64,000 bases of DNA from Bacteroidota bacterium. GTDB taxonomy: Bacteria > Bacteroidota > Rhodothermia > Balneolales > Balneolaceae. Location: positions 3,649-67,648 of the forward strand of contig PZPG01000008.1 in NCBI GenBank assembly GCA_003045995.1, given 5' to 3'. The notes beneath the pieces were generated by a model. It did no database searches. It was not told where the DNA came from and saw nothing but the letters and a program-made list of their open reading frames with translations. This document shows, piece by piece, positions 54,102 through 63,080 of the stretch; position 1 is the stretch's first letter, and the number at the start of each line of letters is the position of its first letter. The translations under genes and the position numbers were made by a program.

Positions 54102-55510
54102 TCATGCACAAAATGCGATTGAACACATTAGGACTTCAGAGAGGTGTACTCCCCCTTTTGATTTACATACTATCTTGGATTGGATCACCGTCAAGTGCGG
54201 AGGCTCGTCAAACAACTAGTGATCAGATTGTAGCCGTGGTGAACGACCGCATTGTTTTGAAATCGGATGTTGACAACGAGGTAGCTCAGTATATGAATAC
54301 GGCCAGCATGCAAAATCAGACTGTATCCTTTTCTGATGAGCTTTGGTATTCGTTCCTGGAATCGATCATCGACAACCATGTGATGCTTGAAAAAGCGGTG
54401 ATCGATTCGATTGAGGTTTCCGAGGATATGGTAGACCGGCAGATGGATGCGCGAATTCAGCAGTTGATCGCACAAGCTGGTAGTGAACGAGCACTGGAGG
54501 AGGCTTTTGGACAGTCGATTATTCAGATACGTGCTCAGTACCGGGATCAATTTAAGGATCAGTTGACAGTGCAGCAGGTACAACAATCGATGATTAGTGA
54601 TATCACTATCACCCGGCCGGAAGTTGAGGAGTTTTTTGACTCTATTCCTGAGGATCAGCTACCGACCATTCCGGAGCAGGTTTCGCTTTCTCAAATTGTG
54701 ATCGACCCGCCTCTGCTCGAGGGCACTCGTGAAGCAAGTTTCAACCGGGCTCAGGCACTCCGCGATTCCGTAACCATCTATGAGAAAAATTTTGAGGAGA
54801 TGGCTCGAAAGTACAGTGCAGGACCATCGGCCAGAAATGGCGGACTATTGCCGTTGATGCCCCTCGATGACCTTGTGTCCAGTTATTCTGCAGCGGCTGC
54901 GGCATTATCTCCCGGTGAAATCTCTGAAGTGGTGGAAACACAGTTTGGTTTTCATGTAATCCGCCTGAACAAACGGGAGGGTGACCTGATCGAAACCAAT
55001 CACATTCTTGTAGAACTGGATCGAAAAAGTGTGGATGAGGATGCGGCTATCCTGCAATTGAACGAATTAAGAGAACAGATCCAGAATGGAGATATCACGT
55101 TCCGTCAAGCAGCAATAGAACACTCCCAAGACGAAGCTACCGCAACGATGGGTGGACGAATTGTCGATCAAAATACCGGGAGTCGTCTTCTTCCTCTGAA
55201 TCAATTAGAACCATCTTTGTACCGAATCGCCCTTTTATTGACGGAGGGAGATATTTCTGAACCTAAATCGTTCACAAAACCCGGAAGTGATGCAAAATCA
55301 TTCCGAATTGTTCGGATGGATCGCATGATTCAGGAGCACAGAGCCAACCTGAAAGAGGATTATGAACGAATTAAAAATATTGCTTTGGAGCAGAAGCAGA
55401 TGAGAGTGTTTCAGGAGAAATTGAGTGATTTTCGCGATGAGGTTTATATTGAATACAAGATAGAGATGCCAGAATCCACCATGGAGACGTCCGGTATGGT
55501 TACCCCGTAA
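54098..55510 (+). CDS. surA: SurA-like periplasmic chaperone / peptidyl-prolyl isomerase
   Basis: Signal peptide ending SSAEA. SurA_N (IVAVVNDRIVLKSDVDNEV). Parvulin domain ending TQFGFHVIRL, plus a second, more degenerate domain. 4-nt overlap with the upstream gene. Confidence 0.8.
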   Translation: MIMHKMRLNTLGLQRGVLPLLIYILSWIGSPSSAEARQTTSDQIVAVVNDRIVLKSDVDNEVAQYMNTASMQNQTVSFSDELWYSFLESIIDNHVMLEKAVIDSIEVSEDMVDRQMDARIQQLIAQAGSERALEEAFGQSIIQIRAQYRDQFKDQLTVQQVQQSMISDITITRPEVEEFFDSIPEDQLPTIPEQVSLSQIVIDPPLLEGTREASFNRAQALRDSVTIYEKNFEEMARKYSAGPSARNGGLLPLMPLDDLVSSYSAAAAALSPGEISEVVETQFGFHVIRLNKREGDLIETNHILVELDRKSVDEDAAILQLNELREQIQNGDITFRQAAIEHSQDEATATMGGRIVDQNTGSRLLPLNQLEPSLYRIALLLTEGDISEPKSFTKPGSDAKSFRIVRMDRMIQEHRANLKEDYERIKNIALEQKQMRVFQEKLSDFRDEVYIEYKIEMPESTMETSGMVTP

Positions 55511-55583
55511 TCAAGGGGGAATCGAGAGTCCGGTTAGAAATTGCATCAACCCGAATAAAACATACTAGAATTTAACGTAGATC

Positions 55584-56576
55584 ATGACTGAAGTACCCAA
55601 ATCACCGGCCGAGGCAGCGTCTTTTTTTTCAAACTCATTTGACAGTATCCGGGGAGAGATCGGAAAAATCGTGGTTGGGCAACAGGATGTTGTAGAGCAG
55701 TTGCTACTATCACTGTTTTCACGGGGGCATTGTGTGCTGGTTGGGGTACCGGGTCTTGCCAAAACGTTGCTCATAAGCACGGTGGCCAAAACATTGAATC
55801 TCTCGTTTAGCAGAATTCAGTTTACTCCCGATCTGATGCCTGGAGATATTACCGGAACCGAGGTGATTGAAGATGACAAACAAACGGGCGGAAAAACCTT
55901 TCGATTTATTAAAGGGCCTGTGTTTGCGAATATTGTGCTGGCCGATGAGGTGAACCGAACCCCACCCAAAACACAGGCAGCCCTACTGGAGGCAATGCAG
56001 GAGTACAGTGTGACCGCATCGGGGCATCATTTCAAATTGGAGCAACCGTTTTTTGTGCTGGCGACCCAAAATCCGATCGAACAGGAAGGTACCTATCCCC
56101 TGCCAGAAGCACAGCTCGACCGGTTCATGTTTCAGATCTATTTGGATTATCCTTCCCTTGAAGAGGAAAAGCAAATTGTTGCACAAACAACCATGAAACG
56201 TGATGTTTCGGTGTCGTCAATACTCGACAAGCCGCAAATTCTGGAGCTTCAAAGGCTAGTCCGGGAAGTACCGGTGCCACAGCATGTACTGGATAAAACC
56301 GTAGAACTGATCGCAAAAACGCGGCCTAAAGGGGAATATGCTCCCGATTTCGTAAAAAATTACCTGAGTTGGGGTGCTGGACCGCGTGCATCCCAGTATA
56401 TGATTTTGGGAGCCAAAACCCGTGCACTGGCCAGTGGCCGCTACAATGTGGAACTTGAGGATGTGAAAGCTTGCGCGAAACCTGTTCTGCGACATCGGAT
56501 TGTAACCAATTATGCCGCTGAGGCGGAGGGACTCTCACCGGTCGATATTATTGAGAGACTTGTCGAACAAATGTGA
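55584..56576 (+). CDS. moxR: MoxR-family AAA+ ATPase
   Basis: Walker A LVGVPGLAKT, Walker B/sensor IVLADEVNRTPPKTQAALLEAMQE, LATQNPIEQEGTYPLPEAQLDRF, GAGPRAS. Confidence 0.95.
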   Translation: MTEVPKSPAEAASFFSNSFDSIRGEIGKIVVGQQDVVEQLLLSLFSRGHCVLVGVPGLAKTLLISTVAKTLNLSFSRIQFTPDLMPGDITGTEVIEDDKQTGGKTFRFIKGPVFANIVLADEVNRTPPKTQAALLEAMQEYSVTASGHHFKLEQPFFVLATQNPIEQEGTYPLPEAQLDRFMFQIYLDYPSLEEEKQIVAQTTMKRDVSVSSILDKPQILELQRLVREVPVPQHVLDKTVELIAKTRPKGEYAPDFVKNYLSWGAGPRASQYMILGAKTRALASGRYNVELEDVKACAKPVLRHRIVTNYAAEAEGLSPVDIIERLVEQM

Positions 56577-56583
56577 CGAGTGA

Positions 56584-58914
56584 ATGAGAATGATTCTCAG
56601 TTTTTTACAGTATGTGCAGCCGGTATTGCCTCTCGTCTTGATTGGGCTGATCACCGTGTTGTGCGTGCTCATTGCGTTTTGGAGTTATCGTCCTCTGGAC
56701 ATTACTCCATCCTGGAAAAAGTTGGCTCTCATTACGCTTCGTACGGCTGCACTTCTGGTACTAGCTTTGCTGCTTCTTCACCCCTTTTTTGTTCGCGAAC
56801 AGTCGATTGAGAAGAAGCCGGTTATGCACCTCTACGTCGATAATTCACAAAGTATCACTGTAGAACGAGGAGATTACAGGGGGCTGGTTGATGTAAATAC
56901 ACTGGTTGCAGACCTTTCCGAATCACTCAAGCCGACCTTTGACCTTGTAGTTTTTCCGTTTGGAAGCACCGTGAGCGGTTCCGGTCTGGGATCTGATCGA
57001 GTGGTAGATTCGCAGATTTCGGGAACATCAAACCGAACCAATCTTCAGCGGGTAATCGAACACATGGTTCAGTATCAGAACGAACTGGATGCAGCCGTGC
57101 TGATTTCGGACGGAATATTTACAGAGGGGCGTAATCCAGTATTTACAGCGCAAACTCTTGCGACACCTGTCTTTACCATTCCGGTAGGGGACACGTTGGA
57201 AACAGCAGATCTAATACTTACCGCAGAACCCCTGCCTGGCCAAATTCAGGCGGGTACTACTCTGCTCCTGCGAAGTGAGCTGCGCCAGTACGGCCTGGCA
57301 CCCAATATCGCTCGTATTCGTCTCACCGTGAACGGGACATTGGTGCATGAGGAGGAGATTCCGTTGGGTGATTCCCCCTCCCTTCACACCATTGAAAAAG
57401 AGTTCACAATTCCTGATGATCGTTCCGGGGAGAGCGATGGGCTAGCAGAGTTCCTCTGGCAGGTGGAGGCTGTGGAGGGTGAATTAACGGAGGAGAATAA
57501 CAGGGTCTCCCAGCTTGCCGATATTCAAGACCAATCGCGGACAATCTTGTCGGTTGCGTTTGAAGTACATCCCGATGTGGCTACTTTTCGACGGCAGATC
57601 ACCTCGGACCTTTCCTACGCTTTGGTCACTGCTGATTACCTTCGACGCGGAGCTGTGACCGGAACCGATCCTTTCACACTGGCAGAAAGTCCCGACCTTG
57701 TTCTAATTCATGGGTTGCCGGAGCCGGGTCATCCGTTTTTAGATTGGCTTTCAGAGCGGGATGATGTTCCTCAAATTTGGGCGCTGGCACCCATCGGTGT
57801 GGAGAGGCTTCGGAGATCGCAGTATGGCAACAATACGGTTCCGTTGTCTCTGAGCGGCAACGGTGGATTTTTGCGGGTTTCGGTCCGGGCTGCGGAGGAG
57901 ACAGTGGATGAGACAGAGGATGAGACAGAGACGAAAGAATTGCATCCGATTCTGGAGTTTGGGTCGCCGGACTATCGTCGCTTTCCCGATCTGATGGTTC
58001 ATCAAATTGTTCCTGAAGTAGCATCCGGTACGACAACTTTGCTGAACGCTACATATGCCGGAACGGAAACCGATATTCCGATTCTGGCTGTTCATACAGT
58101 AAATGGACAAAAAATAACTCTTCTGAATGCCTTTGGGTGGCACCGATGGGAACAATCGAGCCAAGAAGAGGCCGCCGGAGCGTTTGATGCCCTTTTTGAT
58201 TATATCCTATCCTGGACAATGACCCCACCCGGTCAACAGCAACTTTCTCTGACACCAGCCAAGGAGACCTTTTCGAATCTAGAGTCTGTTTCCTGGACAG
58301 CCCGTCTACTAAACGAGAGGAATGTACCAGAGCCGGATGCTATTGTAGAAGTGGAGATTCGGCGTATTGTTGGTTTCTCTGCAGATCTGGATGAGAACGC
58401 GGCTATTTCTGGGGATGCGTCTGTTTCTGGGAACTCGGCTATTTCTGGGGACGAGGCTATAGCAAGGGACGCCGCCATGGCTACGGGCAATTCAGAAAAC
58501 TCAATACAGCAGCGTTTTCGAATGAGCCATGATGAAAACGGTGTATACAGGCTCAATGCAGGACGTTTTCCTGAGGGAAACTATCGGGTGCGGGCGATTG
58601 CGACGAAAGGATCACGGCAGCTGGGTACTACAGACAGCCAGTTTCGGGTTGGTTCATCACCAGAGGAGTTTGTGAACACCCGACGAAATGATGCGCTCTT
58701 GGAGCAGATCGCTGAGGGTAGCGGTGGTTATTTTGTGGATCAGGCACCTGCTCAAACTTTGAGTGAAATTTTGAGGAGAGAGCAACTTGCCCGAATGCAA
58801 ATAGAGACCTTACAGCAAACTCGCTACCTGATTGACTGGCCCATTTGGTTTCTGCTGGTAATGATTCTTCTTTCAGGCGAATGGGTTTTGCGAAGGTCTC
58901 TTTCTCTTCCGTGA
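56584..58914 (+). CDS. membrane-anchored VWA-domain protein (BatA-like N-terminal double-TM, C-terminal TM anchor)
   Basis: Two N-terminal helices (VLPLVLIGLITVLCVLIAFW, LALITLRTAALLVLALLLL), then a VWA-like beta1 with the MIDAS motif LYVDNSQS and AAVLISDGIFTEG. Large soluble region. C-terminal IDWPIWFLLVMILLSGEWVLRR. It sits directly after moxR. Confidence 0.6.
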   Translation: MRMILSFLQYVQPVLPLVLIGLITVLCVLIAFWSYRPLDITPSWKKLALITLRTAALLVLALLLLHPFFVREQSIEKKPVMHLYVDNSQSITVERGDYRGLVDVNTLVADLSESLKPTFDLVVFPFGSTVSGSGLGSDRVVDSQISGTSNRTNLQRVIEHMVQYQNELDAAVLISDGIFTEGRNPVFTAQTLATPVFTIPVGDTLETADLILTAEPLPGQIQAGTTLLLRSELRQYGLAPNIARIRLTVNGTLVHEEEIPLGDSPSLHTIEKEFTIPDDRSGESDGLAEFLWQVEAVEGELTEENNRVSQLADIQDQSRTILSVAFEVHPDVATFRRQITSDLSYALVTADYLRRGAVTGTDPFTLAESPDLVLIHGLPEPGHPFLDWLSERDDVPQIWALAPIGVERLRRSQYGNNTVPLSLSGNGGFLRVSVRAAEETVDETEDETETKELHPILEFGSPDYRRFPDLMVHQIVPEVASGTTTLLNATYAGTETDIPILAVHTVNGQKITLLNAFGWHRWEQSSQEEAAGAFDALFDYILSWTMTPPGQQQLSLTPAKETFSNLESVSWTARLLNERNVPEPDAIVEVEIRRIVGFSADLDENAAISGDASVSGNSAISGDEAIARDAAMATGNSENSIQQRFRMSHDENGVYRLNAGRFPEGNYRVRAIATKGSRQLGTTDSQFRVGSSPEEFVNTRRNDALLEQIAEGSGGYFVDQAPAQTLSEILRREQLARMQIETLQQTRYLIDWPIWFLLVMILLSGEWVLRRSLSLP
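57907..57930. repeat. 2 x 12-nt tandem repeat in frame (DETE DETE)
   Basis: gatgagacagag / gatgagacagag. Confidence 0.9.
58399..58488. repeat. 5 x 18-nt tandem repeat in frame in the VWA-protein gene (AAISGD ASVSGN SAISGD EAIARD AAMATG)
   Basis: gcggctatttctggggat / gcgtctgtttctgggaac / tcggctatttctggggac / gaggctatagcaagggac / gccgccatggctacgggc. Confidence 0.9.
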
Positions 58915-58935
58915 CCTTATAGATGATTAACGATC

Positions 58936-59403
58936 ATGAATGAAGACGAATTTTATATGAATAAAGCGCTTCGACTTGCCAACGAGGCTTCGGAGAGAGG
59001 AGAAGTGCCTGTAGGTGCGATCATCATCAAGGGAAACCGAGTCGTCGGTCAGGGAAGGAATCAAACCGAACAGCTTAATGATGTCACAGCCCACGCCGAA
59101 ATGATTGCTCTTACTGCGGCTTTTCAGACACTGGGTCAAAAATATCTACAGGGATGCACCCTTTATGTGACACTGGAACCTTGCATGATGTGTGCCGGAG
59201 CGATCGTTTGGTCGAAACTGGATCGCGTCGTAATCGGCGCACTGGACGAGCGTTCGGGTGGATGTGGTTCTGCCTTCAATATAGCTGCCAATCAACGGCT
59301 TAACCATCAAGCCGAAATTCAGTATGGTGTGTTAGAAGATGAGTGTTCCCGGATTCTGAAACAGTTTTTCCAAAAAAAACGCAAAAGCCTCGAAACAGAA
59401 TAA
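58936..59403 (+). CDS. tadA: tRNA adenosine(34) deaminase
   Basis: CDA zinc motifs HAEMIAL and PCMMCAGAI, 155 aa. Confidence 0.95.
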   Translation: MNEDEFYMNKALRLANEASERGEVPVGAIIIKGNRVVGQGRNQTEQLNDVTAHAEMIALTAAFQTLGQKYLQGCTLYVTLEPCMMCAGAIVWSKLDRVVIGALDERSGGCGSAFNIAANQRLNHQAEIQYGVLEDECSRILKQFFQKKRKSLETE

Positions 59404-59412
59404 TTTGGGCTT

Positions 59413-59444
59413 GCAATAACCCGGCCAGGCAATAACCCGGGCAT
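59413..59444. repeat. 2 x 16-nt tandem repeat between convergent genes
   Basis: gcaataacccggccag / gcaataacccgggcat. Confidence 0.88.
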
Positions 59445-59459
59445 GGAAAAGAGTACCTG

Positions 59460-60500
59460 TTAAATTTTTAAAGGGACAAACGTGCAGTCTTCCGGAACCT
59501 CCGTTGGAATGTACATCGATGTAACCTCCTCATGCAATCGATTCGCTAAATCCTTCCGGTCGTCCAGCAGTAGCCTTTCATCGGAAAACCGTACCACAGC
59601 CTCAATTCTACCCTGGCGGCCCAGCTCAAAAAAATGCTCCAGTAATGTAGCGCCACCCCACCAGCAAACCTTGCAATATGTTTGATCTGGAGCATTCTGA
59701 ATCCGGTACGAGACCGCGGCAGAAGAAACCGGTAACTGCTGATCGATTGGCACCTTCATCAGCGAAGGTCGAAACCGAAGAACCTCCCTCCCATCCGATG
59801 TAGTGCCCTCTGGAAAAACAAGCAACCCCTGATACTGGTGAATATTCTGTGCAATCTGCTCGTTCACACGCTCAATGTCGGAACGCTTATGGCGGTCAAT
59901 AAAGATCACCCCAAAGGTTTTGGACATAAAGCCCAGGAACGGCCAGCTTCGAACCTCAATTTTCGACACCATTGTCACATCAAGCAGAGCGTAATACACG
60001 ATAATATCGATATAACTAAGATGATTACTTACCAGATAAAATGGCGGTTTTGGGATGGTTCTCTCTACTTTCAGGTTGATTTGTAGGATAGAAAGCGACC
60101 ATATTCCCCATCGTTTCAACATGATATTTCTCCAGGGTTGATAAGGCTGCCGCACCGCATGAAGCAACACATAGCCAATAAAATAGACCGCATAGCAGCC
60201 GGCGGTATTAAGCATCAGCAGCGTCAATTTCAACGCCGATTTTGTATTTCGAAGCACGTTCAGCAAATTCGTCAGGAAATTGGAAATAGTAGGTTTAACA
60301 AATAATTTTGTGTGACAATCGTTAGTCTGAAAATATCGATTTTTAATCAAACATGGATGACCGTATTTTATCTGTTCTAGAACAGGAAAAATCGGTTCCA
60401 ATGAAGGCAATGTCGTAAGAACAATCTCATCAGAGAGATTCGAAACCACAATCATTGAATCCATTACATCTATTGCATCCAGTACGTCCATGACATTCAT
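59460..60500 (-). CDS. lysophospholipid (1-acyl-sn-glycerol-3-phosphate-type) acyltransferase, start uncertain
   Basis: PlsC-family motifs VSNHLSYIDI (HX4D) and VFPEGTTSDG in the C-terminal 250 aa. The full ORF (to 60827) would overlap the divergent hydrolase gene by 267 nt, so an internal start (ATG 60500, 60491 or 60215) is more likely. Confidence 0.75.
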   Translation of the reverse strand: MNVMDVLDAIDVMDSMIVVSNLSDEIVLTTLPSLEPIFPVLEQIKYGHPCLIKNRYFQTNDCHTKLFVKPTISNFLTNLLNVLRNTKSALKLTLLMLNTAGCYAVYFIGYVLLHAVRQPYQPWRNIMLKRWGIWSLSILQINLKVERTIPKPPFYLVSNHLSYIDIIVYYALLDVTMVSKIEVRSWPFLGFMSKTFGVIFIDRHKRSDIERVNEQIAQNIHQYQGLLVFPEGTTSDGREVLRFRPSLMKVPIDQQLPVSSAAVSYRIQNAPDQTYCKVCWWGGATLLEHFFELGRQGRIEAVVRFSDERLLLDDRKDLANRLHEEVTSMYIPTEVPEDCTFVPLKI

Positions 60501-60506
60501 GACACA
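60453..60506. repeat. 6 x 9-nt tandem repeat at or near the 5' end of the acyltransferase gene
   Basis: cattgaatc / cattacatc / tattgcatc / cagtacgtc / catgacatt / catgacaca. On the minus strand this encodes VMNVMDVLDAIDVMDSM. Confidence 0.85.
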
Positions 60507-60560
60507 GAGGTAAACCAATCCTGTGTCGCACGCGTCACCCGCACTACCAAGTTTTTTTTC

Positions 60561-61400
60561 ATGCTGTACTCCAAATCCTACTTTACCAGTGCAGACCGAG
60601 ACTGGGTCGTATTTATCCACGGCGCCGGCGGATCCTCTGCCATTTGGTTTAAACAGATCCGGGCGTATCGTGAACATTTTAATGTACTTCTGGTTGATTT
60701 GAGAGGCCATGGTAAATCCCGAGAGATGAGTACGATGAAGCGGTACTATAAAGAGAAGTACACCTTCAAAACGGTATCTCAGGATGTGATTGAAGTTCTG
60801 AACAAAGAGAGAATCGAAAAGGCTCATTTTGTAGGGGTCTCCCTGGGTACCATCATTATCCGTACCATCGCCGAATACGAGCCGGACCGAATCCTCTCGG
60901 CGGTGATGTGCGGTGCGATTACCAGAATGAACGTTCGCTCCCGGATCCTTGTGTGGCTAGGGCACATGTTTAAAAAAGTGGTGCCATTCATGTGGCTCTA
61001 CGCACTTTTTGCCTGGATCATCATGCCGAAAAAAAACCACCAGGAATCGCGACTTTTGTTTGTGAAAGAGGCAAAACAGCTGGCACGGAAAGAATTTTTA
61101 AAATGGTTTCATCTAACCTACGATGTGAATCCGCTATTGAAGTATTTCAAGGAAACGGAAATGCAGAATCCTACGCTGTATGTGATGGGAAGTGAGGATC
61201 ATATGTTTCTCCCCACTGTACGAAAAATGATTGCCGACTTTGAACGAAGCGAACTTTGTGTAATACCCGACTGCGGACACGTATGCAACATTGAAAAGCC
61301 GGACGAATTCAACGAACACTCGCTGGAATTCCTCAAACGGCAAGCATTGAGAACAACCAAAGCACATGCAAAATCGGACGCAGAACGCGAAACGGTCTAA
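60561..61400 (+). CDS. alpha/beta-fold hydrolase
   Basis: VVFIHGAGGSSAIW, VDLRGHGKS, nucleophile elbow GVSLGT, and a C-terminal DCGHVCNIEKPDEF (His of the triad). Confidence 0.85.
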   Translation: MLYSKSYFTSADRDWVVFIHGAGGSSAIWFKQIRAYREHFNVLLVDLRGHGKSREMSTMKRYYKEKYTFKTVSQDVIEVLNKERIEKAHFVGVSLGTIIIRTIAEYEPDRILSAVMCGAITRMNVRSRILVWLGHMFKKVVPFMWLYALFAWIIMPKKNHQESRLLFVKEAKQLARKEFLKWFHLTYDVNPLLKYFKETEMQNPTLYVMGSEDHMFLPTVRKMIADFERSELCVIPDCGHVCNIEKPDEFNEHSLEFLKRQALRTTKAHAKSDAERETV

Positions 61401-61409
61401 TCTACGCGA

Positions 61410-62153
61410 TCAATTGCACCCGTTATGCATACGCCACATCACCGGGTCATGACCATCCGGAACTCGATCACAAGGATCAGCACTATTACTTTCCGTCCCC
61501 TCGTTTGAACCCTCAAGCATATATCCTCTCTCCACGTTATAAATATGAATCTGCTCCGGTGTTAAGATTTTCATCATGCGCAGATGAGCCTGTAGATGGA
61601 TATTCCGAAGCTTCGCTTTCTGGGTTCCGATTTGGGTAATGGCTCGCTCCAGCAACTCCGGCGTCACTGTTCGTTTCACAAATAATGCATCCAGTTCACG
61701 TTCCAGTTCGACAATCACCCCGCCTACTCCTATCGCCTTTTCGCGCATCTCCTCAAAAAGAGCCCGAATTTGTAAAAGTTGCTCATCGTTTAAATCCATG
61801 CGACCAGCCTCATGCAGTTCCAGAACATGCTTCGGCCCTGGATATCCATTCAGCTCTGCCGCCTTTGCCATACCACCAAATGCCATCCCCGAGCCCGCTA
61901 AGATGGCTTCCGTTTCCTGTTGCGAAAGTGCCTTGATAGAGCGGGTCTGCTGACCGGCATAGGGCGACTTGTTCCCAACCGTATCCGATACGATGAAGCT
62001 GGGTTTCATGGCAACCAACCGAGCCGATTCATCATTGTTTAAAGCGGGTTGATGGGAGAAGCCATGAGTCGCATCGAAATGTACGATTGCAATCAACATG
62101 AAAAATGGAATGATGATCCACTGTTTAGCAGAGATCGGAGGAAACTCGGGCAT
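61410..62153 (-). CDS. Spy/CpxP-like periplasmic helical protein (LTxxQ type) with Cys/His C-terminal tail
   Basis: N-terminal anchor WIIIPFFMLIAIV. Conserved-looking block PYAGQQTRSIKALSQQE...AELNGYPGPKHVLEL. An LTPEQ motif (ILTPEQIHIYNVERGY). Tail DPCDRVPDGHDPVMWRMHNGCN. Family call from memory. Confidence 0.5.
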   Translation of the reverse strand: MPEFPPISAKQWIIIPFFMLIAIVHFDATHGFSHQPALNNDESARLVAMKPSFIVSDTVGNKSPYAGQQTRSIKALSQQETEAILAGSGMAFGGMAKAAELNGYPGPKHVLELHEAGRMDLNDEQLLQIRALFEEMREKAIGVGGVIVELERELDALFVKRTVTPELLERAITQIGTQKAKLRNIHLQAHLRMMKILTPEQIHIYNVERGYMLEGSNEGTESNSADPCDRVPDGHDPVMWRMHNGCN

Positions 62154-62249
62154 GGTGTAAATTATTTTATGAAAGAATAATACTTGTAATAGAATATTAT
62201 CTTCTTTCTATTGATCGAATCTTTCTCTTGAACTGAATTCACGGAACCG

Positions 62250-62338
62250 CGGAGAGGGAGGGATTCGAACCCTCGGTACCTTTTTCAAGGCACACACGCT
62301 TTCCAGGCGAGCCCGTTCGACCACTCCGGCACCTCTCC
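62250..62338 (-). tRNA. tRNA-Ser (anticodon GGA)
   Basis: The minus strand reads GGAGAGGTGCCGGAGTGGTCGAACGGGCTCGCCTGGAAAGCGTGTGTGCCTTGAAAAAGGTACCGAGGGTTCGAATCCCTCCCTCTCCG. It has a 7-bp acceptor stem, anticodon loop CTGGAAA, a long variable arm and a GGTTCGAATCC T-arm. CCA is not encoded. Confidence 0.93.
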
Positions 62339-62376
62339 AAAAGCGAGTGCAAAGATAGAGTCTTTTTGTCCGATTA

Positions 62377-63021
62377 TCAAAGAAAAAAGATCTGTATAGA
62401 TGGAGCTGGAACCGGTCTTCCTTCATGCGATGCAGGACGAAATTTCCACTGTTGTGCAGCATCCAGAATTGCCTCCATTGCATCCCTGCTTAATGCATCC
62501 AACGGTAGAGCATCACCTTCGAGCATTTTATCGATCGCTATCACAGATACCTGTATAACATCCCCTCGTTCCGAGACAATAAACTCTACCGTCACACGAA
62601 TATCGTTACCGAGCCGATCCAAAGCAGGGATCCCTTTGGTAGGTTCCACAATTTTCACAACCCTTGGTCTTACCGTTGGACGTGCTACCAAACGATCCTC
62701 CCATCCGAGTAATTCGGTTCCTTTAGCCTGTTCCGGCAAGGGCAAAATCTCCAAATCCGCATCGATGACCCACTCCATGTCGGGCTCTTCGATCACATCT
62801 ACGGGAACTTTGGGTGGAATTCGGGGCTTCATCGGTGGCGGTGGCATGGAAACCTGACGGGTCACAAGCATCTCATCAAAAAGAATCACCGTTTCCTCCT
62901 TAGGTTCGAAAGATAACTCCGATAGGGTTGAGCCAGCCGGAAAACAACGAACCAGCATGAGCATTCCGGATAGCACAAGTACCAGCGAGAACAGAACCCG
63001 GTTATTGTACGTATACCTCAT
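62377..63021 (-). CDS. TonB-like energy transducer
   Basis: N-terminal TM anchor (VLFSLVLVLSGMLMLV). Pro-rich spacer (MPPPPMKPRIPPKVP). C-terminal TonB-like domain (VTVEFIVSERGDVIQVSVI...WKFRPASHEGRPV). Confidence 0.7.
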   Translation of the reverse strand: MRYTYNNRVLFSLVLVLSGMLMLVRCFPAGSTLSELSFEPKEETVILFDEMLVTRQVSMPPPPMKPRIPPKVPVDVIEEPDMEWVIDADLEILPLPEQAKGTELLGWEDRLVARPTVRPRVVKIVEPTKGIPALDRLGNDIRVTVEFIVSERGDVIQVSVIAIDKMLEGDALPLDALSRDAMEAILDAAQQWKFRPASHEGRPVPAPSIQIFFL

Positions 63022-63080
63022 TTTGATCCGATCTGTATCAAGATATTGTCAATGAATCTATTGTTCTTCACTCTGCTGCA

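Noticed and set aside
62154-62376. A genomic island or integrative element at the tRNA-Ser gene.
   Set aside because: There is no integrase, no transposase, and no direct repeat of the tRNA 3' end that I could see. The flanking genes look like ordinary chromosomal genes.
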